Shown here: piece by piece, positions 26,424-37,371 of the stretch
Layout: every line of letters begins with the position of its first letter
Numbering within the stretch: the stretch's first letter is position 1
Assembly (NCBI GenBank): GCA_050115495.1
Contig: JASFQK010000006.1
Coordinates: 96,001-160,000, forward strand
Source: Phycisphaerae bacterium
GTDB taxonomy: Bacteria; Planctomycetota; Phycisphaerae; UBA1845; Fen-1342
Direction of reading: 5' to 3'
DNA length: 64,000 nucleotides
Position numbers and translations under genes: made by a program
Notes under the pieces: generated by a model
Seen by the model: the letters and a program-made list of their open reading frames with translations, nothing else
The model's database searches: none
What the model was told of the DNA's origin: nothing

Positions 26424-28742
26424 ATGGCCCTGAACAGACTGATCGTGACCGCCGGCCTGAGCCTGGTGCTGGCTTATGCCGCAACCGCCGGCGCCCAGAC
26501 CTGGTCGATCACGACCGTGGACAGCGGTAAGGTCGGCGACTATCCCAGCCTCGCCCTGCAGCCCAGCGGCTACCCGGCCATCAGCTACGCCGACGGCAAG
26601 TTCCAGACCCTCAAGTACGCGTGGTTCGACGGCAAGGCCTGGCAAACCGCCACCGCCGTCAACGACGAGACTCCGGTGGCTTACACCAGCCTGGCCTTCG
26701 TCAACGGCGAGCCGGCCATCAGCTACTACGAGCCGTTCGACGGCCTGGGCTACGCATGGTTCGTCGACGGGGAATGGCAGTCTACGATCGTGCACTCCGC
26801 TGTTGAGGTGGAGAGCGCGGGCTTGTACTCGAGCCTGGCCGTGCTGCCCGACGGCAATCCGGCCATCAGCTACATGTACTCGATCTACGAGGGGAAGAGC
26901 CTCACCGACGCCGATCTCATGTACGCCTGGTTCGACGGCACCCAGTGGCAGCGGACCACCGTCGATACCGGTGGGGCCGAAGTGAACGTCGGTGAGTTCA
27001 CCAGCCTGGCGGTGCTGCCTTCCGGCTATCCGGCCATCAGCTACGTGGACGCCACGAACCACACGCTCAAGTACGCCTGGTACAACGGCAGTCTCTGGCA
27101 CAGCGCGGTGGTGGACAGCTCTGCGCTGGTCACCGGGTTCACCAGCCTGGCCATCGTCGGCGGCGAACCCGCGATCAGCTACGGCATCGGCTCCCCGACG
27201 CCGGAGGTGCGCTACGCCGAGTTCGCCGGCGGCGAGTGGCACATCGCCACGGTCGACAGCGGCGACGGGCAACTCGGTAGTTGCACGAGCCTCGCAGTGC
27301 TCCCCAACGGCGAGCCGGCCATGGCGTACGGCGACGCGGGATCGGGCGAGCTGCATTACGCCTGGCGCGGCTACGGCGCGTGGCACTCGTCACTCATCAG
27401 CAGCAGCGGCGCCGGCAATTGCAGCCTGGCCTTCGTGGCGGGCACCGTGCCGGTCATCGCCTTCCACAACATGGAAATGGGCTCGCTGAACCTGGCGGCC
27501 TTGATCGAGGACTGCAACGAAAACGGCATTCCGGACATCGAAGACCTGGCCTACTGCCAGGGCGCTCCGTGGTGCAGTGACTGCAACGGCAACGGCATCC
27601 TCGACCAGTGTGACATCTCCTTCTGCTATTACGATCCGGCCTGTGGCGACTGCGACCTCGACGGCGTGCCCGACGGCTGCCAGTATGAGATCACCGACTG
27701 CAACGAGAACGGCTTCGCCGACGGCTGCGAGATCGCCATGGACCCGTCGCTCGACTGCAACGAGAACGGCATTCTCGACGAGTGTGACCGCTGGGGCTGC
27801 GACGGTGAGCCCTGGTGCCGCGACTGCAACGAGAACGGCATCCTCGACGTGTGCGACCAGGACGACTGCGCCGGTGAGCCCTGGTGCGACGATTGCAACG
27901 GCAACGGCTTCCTCGACGAGTGCGACGTCATGTACGGCGTCAGCCTGGACATCAACGTCAACGACGTCCCGGACGAGTGCGAACCCGACTGCAACGAGAA
28001 CAGCATCCCCGACGACTGGGACATCTCCGCCGAGTACAGCGCCGACTGCAACGCCAACGGCATCCCGGATGAATGCGACATCGCCGACGGCACCAGCGAG
28101 GACTGCAACGGCAACGGCGTCCCGGATGAGTGCGACCTCGCCAACGGCGACAGCGAAGACTGCGACGTCAACGGCGTGCCCGACGAGTGCCAGACCGACA
28201 CCGACGACGACGGTGTCATCGACGCGTGCGACGGCTGCCCGCAGGACCCCGCCAAGCTGGCCCCCGGCACGTGCGGCTGCGGCGAGGCCGACACCGACAC
28301 GGACGGCGACGGGTTCGCGGATTGTGTCGATAATTGTCCGGACGTCTTCAACCCCGACCAGGCCGACAGCGACGGCAACGGCCTGGGCGACGCCTGCGAC
28401 GAGGCCGCCCGCCCGGTGCCAACCGACGCCTGCTTCTTCCGCTGCCTGATCCAGTTGATGTCCGGGAAACCCCTGGACGGCCCCGAGGTCGGCGACTGCA
28501 ACTGCGACGACTTCCTCGACGAGCTGGTCGCCTACGCCGACGAGCACGCCGGTGAGTACCCGACGGACGGCGACGGCACGACCGAGCCGACCGGCACGGA
28601 CAACCTCACCGAGGAAGAGCGCGAGCTGCTCGGCCGCCTGACCGCCGGCGCCGGAATCTGCCCGCTCTCGTGCGTGCTGCTGGTCACGATATCGCTGGTC
28701 GGCCTGCTCCTGACGCGTCCGCGCGGCGCCTCGCGGCCATAG
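26424..28742 (+). CDS. Surface protein: 7-blade beta-propeller + Cys/Asp Ca-binding repeats + TSP3-like repeats + C-terminal TM anchor
   Basis: Signal peptide; seven SLA...G.PAISY-type blades; 12 DCNxNGxxDxC-like repeats; DTDGDG..D.CDNCP; C-terminal CPLSC-hydrophobic-RPR. Confidence 0.85.
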   Translation: MALNRLIVTAGLSLVLAYAATAGAQTWSITTVDSGKVGDYPSLALQPSGYPAISYADGKFQTLKYAWFDGKAWQTATAVNDETPVAYTSLAFVNGEPAISYYEPFDGLGYAWFVDGEWQSTIVHSAVEVESAGLYSSLAVLPDGNPAISYMYSIYEGKSLTDADLMYAWFDGTQWQRTTVDTGGAEVNVGEFTSLAVLPSGYPAISYVDATNHTLKYAWYNGSLWHSAVVDSSALVTGFTSLAIVGGEPAISYGIGSPTPEVRYAEFAGGEWHIATVDSGDGQLGSCTSLAVLPNGEPAMAYGDAGSGELHYAWRGYGAWHSSLISSSGAGNCSLAFVAGTVPVIAFHNMEMGSLNLAALIEDCNENGIPDIEDLAYCQGAPWCSDCNGNGILDQCDISFCYYDPACGDCDLDGVPDGCQYEITDCNENGFADGCEIAMDPSLDCNENGILDECDRWGCDGEPWCRDCNENGILDVCDQDDCAGEPWCDDCNGNGFLDECDVMYGVSLDINVNDVPDECEPDCNENSIPDDWDISAEYSADCNANGIPDECDIADGTSEDCNGNGVPDECDLANGDSEDCDVNGVPDECQTDTDDDGVIDACDGCPQDPAKLAPGTCGCGEADTDTDGDGFADCVDNCPDVFNPDQADSDGNGLGDACDEAARPVPTDACFFRCLIQLMSGKPLDGPEVGDCNCDDFLDELVAYADEHAGEYPTDGDGTTEPTGTDNLTEEERELLGRLTAGAGICPLSCVLLVTISLVGLLLTRPRGASRP
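27510..28400 (+). repeat. Intragenic Cys/Asp repeat array (GACTGCAAC...)
   Basis: Recurrent GACTGCAACG(A/G/C)nAACGGC nucleotide units encoding DCNxNG repeats. Confidence 0.85.
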
Positions 28743-28902
28743 CCGCCCCGGTACGTACGATCACGCATCGCTGCCGTTCGCGCCGTTCCGGCGCCGCTTC
28801 GGCCGGTTTGCGTCCGCCCACTTTGTTTGACCCCCACTTGTGGCGGCTTCTAGAATCTCATGGACCTGGATGGCCCGACCAACCGGAACGGAGCCTGGGT
28901 GG

Positions 28903-29757
28903 ATGCTCAATCGCTGGATCGGAATTCTCTGCACGCTCTTCATGCTGAGCGCCAACACGACGCTCTTCGTCCGCGATATCCTGCCCGGCCTGCTGGCCGG
29001 TGACCCGCCGGAGCTGGACGACCTCTCCCTCGAAGCCGGCACGACCCGGCGGATCCAGACCGGCGTCTTCAACGCCCGCGACGAGAATATCGGTCGAAGC
29101 TGGACCGTCAGCTTCATGCAGGCCGGACTGCTCAACGTCACCTCCTGCACGCGCCTCAACCCGATCACCCTGCCCAACGGCCTGACCACGCCCGGCGCCC
29201 GCATCGACACCGAGCTCCGCTATCGGGTCGACGACGGCCTCCTGGACAGCATGAGCATGTCCATTCGCGGCCTGCCGGTCGGCGTCACCATGCACGGCGA
29301 CTTCATCCCGCCGGACGAGTTCGCCTGCTGCTGGCGGTTGGGGAAGGTGCAGCGCGGCACGTTCCGGCTCAGCGCCGACGCGACCCGCGCCCTGGGCGAC
29401 GTGCTGCGACCCTTCACGCGCCTGCCGGGCCTGTACGTGGGCCGCACCTGGCGGCTGCATCTGCTCGACCCGCTGGCCCAGGTCGTGCCCGGCCTGCGCA
29501 ACAATGATCTGTTGGCCGAGCCCATACTCGTGCGCGTCACCGGTACGGAAATGATCGAGCACCGCGGGCAGCAGCTCGAGGTGTTCGTCGTGGAGGCCCG
29601 CCGCACGCGGGCCTGGGTGGATCAGCAGGGCAACGTGCTGCGGCAGGAAATCGACGTGCCGCTGCTCGGCCGCCTGACGCTGCGTGACGAACCGTTTGAT
29701 GACGAGGTGTTCCAGGAAGCCCGCGTCTGGTCGCCGGACGCCTCGGAAGAGGAGTAG
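28903..29757 (+). CDS. Hypothetical membrane-anchored or exported protein linked to the ABC transporter
   Basis: N-terminal hydrophobic helix (MLNRWIGILCTLFML); stop abuts the ABC ATPase start (TAGATG). Confidence 0.7.
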   Translation: MLNRWIGILCTLFMLSANTTLFVRDILPGLLAGDPPELDDLSLEAGTTRRIQTGVFNARDENIGRSWTVSFMQAGLLNVTSCTRLNPITLPNGLTTPGARIDTELRYRVDDGLLDSMSMSIRGLPVGVTMHGDFIPPDEFACCWRLGKVQRGTFRLSADATRALGDVLRPFTRLPGLYVGRTWRLHLLDPLAQVVPGLRNNDLLAEPILVRVTGTEMIEHRGQQLEVFVVEARRTRAWVDQQGNVLRQEIDVPLLGRLTLRDEPFDDEVFQEARVWSPDASEEE

Positions 29758-30576
<819 letters not shown>

Positions 30577-30640
30577 CCGTGCCCACCCCGCTTCGTCACT
30601 GGTGCGCCCTCACCCCGGCCACGGCGGAGGTGACCGGCTC

Positions 30641-32362
30641 ATGACTCCGGACACCGGCGACAACCCGCCCCGCCGCGCTGCCAACATGGAAATGTTCGTC
30701 CTGGCCCGTTATCGGGCGATGCAGTTGCGCAACGCCGTCGACCAGCAGTTGCGCGACGCTCCCATGCGCACGTTCGTCGTGCTCGTGCTCCTGTGCGTCA
30801 TCTGGGTGGCCCTGTACCTGCTGCTCAAGGCCGTCTTCCAGCAGGTCAACCGCTGGGAACTGGTGGCCGTCGTCGCCAACAAGCACATTTTCATCCACTT
30901 CTTCCTCGTGCTGGCGGTCATGCTCACCGTCTCCAACGCCGTGCTGGCCTTCACCAGCCTGTTCGGACGCCACGAGGCAGCGCACCTATTGAGTATGCCC
31001 GTACACCCACGACAGGTGCTCTGCGTGAAGTGGCTCGAAGGCATGCTGCTGTCCAGTTGGTCGTTCATGCTGCTGGGCGTGCCGCTCATGCTCGCCGTGG
31101 CGCACAACACATCGGTGGCATGGTACTACTACCCGCTGTTCATCGGGCATTTCCTGGGGTTCGTGCTGATCCCGGCGACGTTCGGTCTGCTCGTCGCCTG
31201 GTTCATCGCCATGTGGATCCCCCGCCGCCCGCTGCTGCTGATCCTGTGGACCGCCATCGGCGCCCTCGCCGTCGGCGCGTATTACTTGTGGAACCTCTCG
31301 CACCGGGCCCTCCAGGCCGAGCAGTGGCTGCCCCTGCTGTTCCGCGAGATCGGCATCACCAAAAACCAGTTGCTGCCCAGCACCTGGACCGCCGAGGGCA
31401 TCGTCGCCGCCATCGAACTACGCGTCGGCGACAGCCTCGTGTACCTGCTGGTCGTCCTCGGCAACGCGGCGTTCTTCTCGTGGCTGACGATTAACATCCT
31501 CGGCGGCACGTGGTCCGAGGCCTACAACCGCGCCCGTCGCGGACAGGCCCGCGGGGAAATCCGCAACGGCTGGCTCACCGCCGGCGTGTGTACCGTGCTC
31601 TTCTGTTACCTGCCCTCGCGCGCCCGTCAGATCATGCTCAAGGACCTGCGCGGCTTCACGCGCGACCCCGCCCAGTGGACGCAGATGGCCATCATGATGG
31701 GCCTGCTCGTGATCTACGCGCTCAACCTGAAGCGCCTGCCGATGGACCTGAACCGCGCGGAAACGCAGACCCTCATCGCCTTCCTCAACCTGGTCGTTAT
31801 CAGCCTGATATTGGCGACGTTCACGAGCCGATTTGTCTACCCCCTGCTCTCCCTCGAGAGCCAACAGCTCTGGCTCCTCGGCCTGCTGCCCACCCGCCGC
31901 AGCACCCTGCTCGGCATTAAGTTTGTGTTTGCCTTGACAGTTACCGGACTATCCGGGCTCGGCGTCATGTTCCTGGCCGTGGTCATGCTCGGCCTCCCAC
32001 CGGCCTGGGCCGCCCTGAACCTCGTCCTCTGTCTGGCCGTCTGCATCGGTCTATCCGGCCTGTCCGTCGGCCTCGGCGCCCGCTTCCCCGTCCTCGGGCA
32101 ACGCAACCCGGCGCGGATCGCCTCCAGCTTCGGCGGGACCGTAAACCTAATTGGCAGCATGCTTTTCGTGTCGGTAATGATGGCCGGCGCCGCCATGGTC
32201 GGCCTCGAAGAGCTCCGCCGAACGCTCGACCCCTCCGGCCCGCTCAGCGACCTGAGCTCACACACGTGGCATATCGCGGCGGGGCTGGGCCTGTTCAGTC
32301 TGCTCACTGCCGCAGCGGCCATGTGGACCGGAATGCGGCATTTCGAGCGATATGAATGCTGA
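30641..32362 (+). CDS. ABC exporter permease (duplicated ABC-2-like)
   Basis: GGAGGTG RBS before ATG 30641; many TM helices; LLSMPV, KDLR.F.RD, P.LSLE...LWLL..LP. Confidence 0.85.
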   Translation: MTPDTGDNPPRRAANMEMFVLARYRAMQLRNAVDQQLRDAPMRTFVVLVLLCVIWVALYLLLKAVFQQVNRWELVAVVANKHIFIHFFLVLAVMLTVSNAVLAFTSLFGRHEAAHLLSMPVHPRQVLCVKWLEGMLLSSWSFMLLGVPLMLAVAHNTSVAWYYYPLFIGHFLGFVLIPATFGLLVAWFIAMWIPRRPLLLILWTAIGALAVGAYYLWNLSHRALQAEQWLPLLFREIGITKNQLLPSTWTAEGIVAAIELRVGDSLVYLLVVLGNAAFFSWLTINILGGTWSEAYNRARRGQARGEIRNGWLTAGVCTVLFCYLPSRARQIMLKDLRGFTRDPAQWTQMAIMMGLLVIYALNLKRLPMDLNRAETQTLIAFLNLVVISLILATFTSRFVYPLLSLESQQLWLLGLLPTRRSTLLGIKFVFALTVTGLSGLGVMFLAVVMLGLPPAWAALNLVLCLAVCIGLSGLSVGLGARFPVLGQRNPARIASSFGGTVNLIGSMLFVSVMMAGAAMVGLEELRRTLDPSGPLSDLSSHTWHIAAGLGLFSLLTAAAAMWTGMRHFERYEC

Positions 32363-32607
32363 GCACACAAAAACACTCCCGTCACGAAACATTAATCTCT
32401 TGGCTCGGCCCTCCCGTAGCGGTACACTAACCGATGGTTGTTTCGATCTCGGGTGGTCCCTAGCATCGGACACGCCGAGACAAGGGTAGACCGGTCTCAG
32501 TCCGCGGGCGATACCCGCCGCCCGCGAGTCGAAAGTGCCCGCTGAGACGAGTAGAGGGCTTTCGCTGCGGGACTGGTTTGGGTTCTGACTTCTGGGAGGC
32601 TGAAAGT

Positions 32608-33465
32608 ATGTTCGGACGAGTGACTTGCACGGCGGTCGTGGCGGCCGTCGCCCTGTGTGGCGCGGCTCTCGCGGATCCAATCGTTACGGTGACCCTCACG
32701 TCTCCGCAAAATGGCTTGGCTGTCGCCCCGGGATCTACGATCGAGTGGACCATCTCGGTCTCCGTCGAACCCGGCACGAATGCCGGTCTGGCCCTGATCT
32801 CCTGTGATCTGATGCAGGACGCCGGCAACCCCACGTTCTTCGACATCCCGCTGGCCAGCGGCATCCCCGCGGCCATGGCCAAGTTCGATCGACCGGGCGG
32901 AATCACCAATCCGGGTGAAGGCGCCGCCTCCGGCTACGTCGGCGTACAGCGCGGCGACGCCGGCCACATGAACCTCGTACAGATCGGTGGCGGCATGAAC
33001 ACCTTCGGCCAGGCGCTGCCTCCGGGCACCGGCCTCGGCGAAGTCGCCGATCCCGACTGCGGCATCGGTCAGAGCGGCGCGCAGGTCGTCGCCACCGGCT
33101 CGTTCACTGCTCCGTGCTCGTCCTTCGCCTCAGGGACCTACACGTTCAACCTGGACAGCGTCCGGGCCAACGTGATGAGCGCGTGCGTGACGCCGCCCGA
33201 CTTCTCGCCCGTCGTCCAGGCTGCCGTCGACACGAGCGCCGGCTCCTTCACCGTCACCGTTCGCCAGGCGATCGGCGACCTGAACTGCGACTGCGTCGTC
33301 AACAACTTCGACATCGCCCCCTTCGTGAAGGCCCTGACCAACCCCGCGGGCTACGAGGCGGATTACCCGAACTGCGACGCGATGCTCGGCGATGTGAACG
33401 ACGACGGCACGCTGAACAACTTCGACATTGCCCCCTTCGTGCAGCTCCTCACGGGCGGCAAGTAA
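32608..33465 (+). CDS. Secreted beta-sandwich (cohesin-like?) protein with C-terminal dockerin-like domain
   Basis: GGGAGG RBS, signal peptide; duplicated GDLNCDCVVNNFDIAPFV / GDVNDDGTLNNFDIAPFV EF-hand-like repeats. Confidence 0.8.
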   Translation: MFGRVTCTAVVAAVALCGAALADPIVTVTLTSPQNGLAVAPGSTIEWTISVSVEPGTNAGLALISCDLMQDAGNPTFFDIPLASGIPAAMAKFDRPGGITNPGEGAASGYVGVQRGDAGHMNLVQIGGGMNTFGQALPPGTGLGEVADPDCGIGQSGAQVVATGSFTAPCSSFASGTYTFNLDSVRANVMSACVTPPDFSPVVQAAVDTSAGSFTVTVRQAIGDLNCDCVVNNFDIAPFVKALTNPAGYEADYPNCDAMLGDVNDDGTLNNFDIAPFVQLLTGGK

Positions 33466-33500
33466 ACCGGCACCATACGCCGGCCTGATCTGAACTAACC

Positions 33501-33534
33501 GCGGCCTGCCCCCAGGGGCAGGCCGCTTTCGTTT
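33501..33534 (+). terminator. Intrinsic terminator
   Basis: GCGGCCTGCCC-CCAG-GGGCAGGCCGC perfect 11-bp stem followed by TTTCGTTT, 35 nt after the stop. Confidence 0.8.
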
Positions 33535-33649
33535 GACTAGAATCCGGCGAGCGGCTGGGGGCGCCGGCCACGACTGCGCGGCGTTCGAGCGAAGCGCCGA
33601 CGGTGCCGATATTCCCAGCGGGTTCCGTGGCAGAAGTGTGAATGTGGTG

Positions 33650-36600
33650 ATGCGAGTGTTATCGGGCCATCTACGACGCCGTGCCGCCGTGTGCACCCTG
33701 CTGCTGCTGGCGATGGCCGCCCTCGCCGCCGCCGATCCGCCCGCGCCGTCCATCGACTTCACGCTGACGCTCGGCGAGGAACGGTTCGACCCGCTGGTCA
33801 CCGAGCCCGTCCTGCCGGCGAACCTGAGCGACGTCGCCCGCGACGGCGCCGACCTGCACCTCGTGCAGTTCATCGGACCGATCGAGGACGCCTGGATCGA
33901 CCGCCTTGCCGACCGCGGCCTCCAGATCATCGCCTACGTTCACCCCTACACGTACATCGTCTGGGGCGACGCGGCCGCCATCAGCGCCCAGCAGCGCGAC
34001 GCCGCCGTCCGCTGGACCGGCCCATTCGCGCCGGCGTATCGCCTCTTGCCCGCGGAGCGCGGCTACGCCGACGTGGCGACGCCCACGTGCATACTCGCCG
34101 TACGCGGCGCACCGGCCGAACGCGCCGCCACCCACCTCGCCGCCCTCGGCGCACGCTCCATCGCCCGGCAGCCGGTCGACGACCAGCTCGAGGTCATCGG
34201 CCTCAACATCTCCGGCGCCCGCCTCGACGCGGCGGCCAGCATCCCCGGCGTCTACAGTGTCCAGGCCATTCCCACCGACGGCGGCCTGCGCAGCGAACTG
34301 AGCGACCAGATCTGCGCCGGCAACATCGACGAGAACAACCTCGCTTTCCCCGGCTATCTCGACTGGCTGGGTGAGCTCGGCCTCTCTGGCGCCGGCGTCA
34401 TCATCGCCAACGTCGACAGCGGCATCGCCAACAACCACCCCGATCTCGCCGGCCGCCTGCTGCCCTGCACGGGCACGACTTGCGGCGGTACGGCACAAAG
34501 CGCCCACGGCACGCACACCGCCGGCATCATGGCCGCCGACGCGTCTTCCGGCGTGTACGATTCGTACGGCTTCCTGCGCGGCCTCGGTATGGCCCCCGGC
34601 GCGCAGCTCGTTGAGCAGCTCTACTCCCCGACATATCAATATGAAGACGGCCTGCGCTATCTCATGACCGAGTCATGGCGCAACGGCGCCTCGGTCTCCG
34701 GCAACAGTTGGGGCGCTTCCTCCTCGCCGCACGGCTACAACTTCCAGACACGGCAGGTGGACGTCGGCGTACGCGACGCTGATGCGACGCTACCCGGCAA
34801 CCAGCCCCTGTTCTACGTGCTGTCGATCGAAAACGGCTACGGCCACACCAGCACGCAGGGCGTTCCCGACGAAGCCAAGAACATCTTCACCATCGGCTCG
34901 ACGAGAGCGCGGTCTCAAACCGGCGTGCCGCTCACGAACATCGACGACCTCGGAAACACCAGCGCCCACGGCCCGGCCCTCGACGGCCGCCACATTCCAC
35001 ACATGGTCGCGCCCGGCTGCTACGTCGACTCGACGTACACCGGCGGCGGCCACATCGCGCTGTGCGGCACGAGCATGGCCTCGCCCCACGTCAGCGGCGC
35101 CGCGGCCCTGTTCATCGAGCAGTGGCGGCTGCGCCCCGACTACGTCGCCGATCCGAGCCCGGCCCTGATCAAGGCCGCCTTCCTCGTCTGCACGCACGAC
35201 CTCGCCGGCCACCTCGACGCCAACGGCAACACGCTCGGCCACCCCTTCGACAACAAGCAGGGTTGGGGCCGGTTCGATGCCGCCGCCGTCCTCGCCCCCA
35301 CCGTCGACGTCTGGTACGACGATGAGCCGGTCATCTTCGACGGCACCGGCGAGAAGTGGACACAGGTCGTCTACGCCGACGACCCCACGCAGCCCTTGCG
35401 CATCATGCTGGTCTGGACCGATGCTCCCGGACACGGCCTCGGCGGCAGCACGCCGGCCTGGAACAACGACCTCGACCTCATCGTCAGCGACGGCGAGAAC
35501 GTCTACCGCGGCAACCACTTCGACGCCGACGGCTGGAGCACCCCGGACGGCACGGCCGACTACATGAACAACACCGAGGGCGTCTTCATCGGCCCCACCG
35601 CCGACGGCCGCTACACCATCACCGTCTTCGCCAGCAACATCACGTCGGATGGCGTGCCCGCGTACGGCGACGGCACCGACCAGGACTTCGCCCTCGTCTG
35701 CTACAACTGCATGCCCGAACCGACCTTCACCATCGCGGTCGAGCCCGCCGTCCTCGACGTGTGCGCCCCGGCCGAGTTCGAGCTCAACGTGCACGTCGGT
35801 CAGGTGAGCGGCTTCAGCGAGCCGGTCCATCTCGGTGTGACCGACCTGCCGCCAGGCATCGCCGCCGACTTCCGCACCGGCTCCGTCCTGCCACCGACCG
35901 ACTGCGCACTGACCGTCACGGTCGATGCGGGCGCCGCGATCGGTGCGCAGCAGTTCCAGATCGTGGGCACGTCCGGCGACGTCACCCACACGGCCAACGT
36001 GAACCTCGTGGTGTACAACAGCCCGCCCGGCGTCGTGACCACGCTCGAGCCGCTGAACGGCGCCGCGGGCGTGGACCTTCGTCCCACGTTCCTCTGGGCA
36101 GAGACGCCGCAGGCGAACACCTATACGCTCGAGCTGGCCGCCGACGCCGGCTTCAACGACGTGCTGGCGTGGGTCACCGATCTGCACGGCACGTCGCACA
36201 CCTTCCCCGATCTCCTGGACAACGGGACGGAATACTTCTGGCGCACCTGGGCGACGAACGTCTGCGGTGACAGCCCGGCGGCTACGGTCTGCCGCTTCAC
36301 GACGCGCAACGTACCGACGATCCTCCTGGTCGACGACGACGACAACGGCCCCGACGTGCGGGCTCGCTTCACCGGCTCGCTCGACACGCTCGGCCTGGGC
36401 TACGACGTGTGGGACACCGCCAACTCCGACGACGAGCCCACCATCGACGACCTGCTCCCATACTCCGTGGTGATCTGGTTCACCGGCGACGAGTACGGCG
36501 GCGCGTGCGGGCCCGGCCCGGCGGGCGAACTCGCTCTGGTCGACCACCTCTCCCGCGGCAAGAACCTGCTGCTCAGCAGCCAGGATTACTACTACGACCG

Positions 36601-37234
36601 CGGGCTGACCAACCTCCTGGTCGATTACTTCGGCGTCATCAGCGTCACCGGCGAAGTCACGCACCTGTCCGTCACCGGCAGCGGCTCGGCCTTCGACGGG
36701 CTCGGCTCCTACGGCCTGATCTACCCGTACGCCAACTTCAGCGATGAGGTCATCCCCGGCCCGGGAGCGGAGACGGCGTTCGTGTCCTCGGTCGGCTCCG
36801 CCGCGGTCGACAAGGACGATCCCGTGTACCGCACGGTCTTCACTGGCTTCAGCTTCGATGCGCTGCCGGAAGACGCCCGGGCCGAGGTGCTGGCCGTCAT
36901 GCTCGAGTGGTTCCGCCCCTTCAGCGACTGCAACGGCAACGGCATCGGCGACCACGTGGACATCTACAGCGGCACCAGTGCCGACGAGGACGGCAACGGC
37001 GTTCCGGATGAGTGCCAGCCCGCCTACGCCGTCGGCGACGTCAATTGCAGTGGCGAAGTCAACAACTTCGACATCCGCCCCTTCGTCCTCGTGATCACCG
37101 GCACGCCGCCGGGCTACCCCGAGTATTACGACCGGTTCCCCGCCTGCGATCATCATCTGGCGGACATCAACGGCGACGGCACCGTCAACAACTTCGACAT
37201 TGGGCCCTTTGTGGACCTGCTCACCGGCGGTTAA
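33650..37234 (+). CDS. Secreted S8 (subtilisin, Kp43-like) serine protease with Ig/FN3-like, DCN-repeat and dockerin-like domains
   Basis: Catalytic triad VDSG / HGTHTAG / GTSMASPHV; NSWG; LVWTD..NDLDL jelly-roll domain; C-terminal GDVNCSGEVNNFDI..ADINGDGTVNNFDI. Confidence 0.92.
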   Translation: MRVLSGHLRRRAAVCTLLLLAMAALAAADPPAPSIDFTLTLGEERFDPLVTEPVLPANLSDVARDGADLHLVQFIGPIEDAWIDRLADRGLQIIAYVHPYTYIVWGDAAAISAQQRDAAVRWTGPFAPAYRLLPAERGYADVATPTCILAVRGAPAERAATHLAALGARSIARQPVDDQLEVIGLNISGARLDAAASIPGVYSVQAIPTDGGLRSELSDQICAGNIDENNLAFPGYLDWLGELGLSGAGVIIANVDSGIANNHPDLAGRLLPCTGTTCGGTAQSAHGTHTAGIMAADASSGVYDSYGFLRGLGMAPGAQLVEQLYSPTYQYEDGLRYLMTESWRNGASVSGNSWGASSSPHGYNFQTRQVDVGVRDADATLPGNQPLFYVLSIENGYGHTSTQGVPDEAKNIFTIGSTRARSQTGVPLTNIDDLGNTSAHGPALDGRHIPHMVAPGCYVDSTYTGGGHIALCGTSMASPHVSGAAALFIEQWRLRPDYVADPSPALIKAAFLVCTHDLAGHLDANGNTLGHPFDNKQGWGRFDAAAVLAPTVDVWYDDEPVIFDGTGEKWTQVVYADDPTQPLRIMLVWTDAPGHGLGGSTPAWNNDLDLIVSDGENVYRGNHFDADGWSTPDGTADYMNNTEGVFIGPTADGRYTITVFASNITSDGVPAYGDGTDQDFALVCYNCMPEPTFTIAVEPAVLDVCAPAEFELNVHVGQVSGFSEPVHLGVTDLPPGIAADFRTGSVLPPTDCALTVTVDAGAAIGAQQFQIVGTSGDVTHTANVNLVVYNSPPGVVTTLEPLNGAAGVDLRPTFLWAETPQANTYTLELAADAGFNDVLAWVTDLHGTSHTFPDLLDNGTEYFWRTWATNVCGDSPAATVCRFTTRNVPTILLVDDDDNGPDVRARFTGSLDTLGLGYDVWDTANSDDEPTIDDLLPYSVVIWFTGDEYGGACGPGPAGELALVDHLSRGKNLLLSSQDYYYDRGLTNLLVDYFGVISVTGEVTHLSVTGSGSAFDGLGSYGLIYPYANFSDEVIPGPGAETAFVSSVGSAAVDKDDPVYRTVFTGFSFDALPEDARAEVLAVMLEWFRPFSDCNGNGIGDHVDIYSGTSADEDGNGVPDECQPAYAVGDVNCSGEVNNFDIRPFVLVITGTPPGYPEYYDRFPACDHHLADINGDGTVNNFDIGPFVDLLTGG

Positions 37235-37274
37235 TCGAGGAGACCGTCGCTCCACCGCCGACAAGTGCTTACAA

Positions 37275-37303
37275 TTGACCTTGTCTGTGGCGAAGCGTAG
37301 ATT
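37275..37303 (+). promoter_or_regulatory. sigma70-type promoter of the amidohydrolase array
   Basis: TTGACC-N17-TAGATT in an AT-richer gap about 70 nt upstream of the first gene. Confidence 0.55.
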
Positions 37304-37371
37304 GGAAGGTAAGTTTGTAACCTCCAACCGGTGCCGCCCGGCCTGCCGCGGCGGTCCCACAACTGAGCGTC

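Noticed and set aside
27510..28400. Regularly recurring GACTGCAAC units as a possible CRISPR array
   Set aside because: In-frame protein repeats with degenerate codons and irregular spacing; no cas genes.
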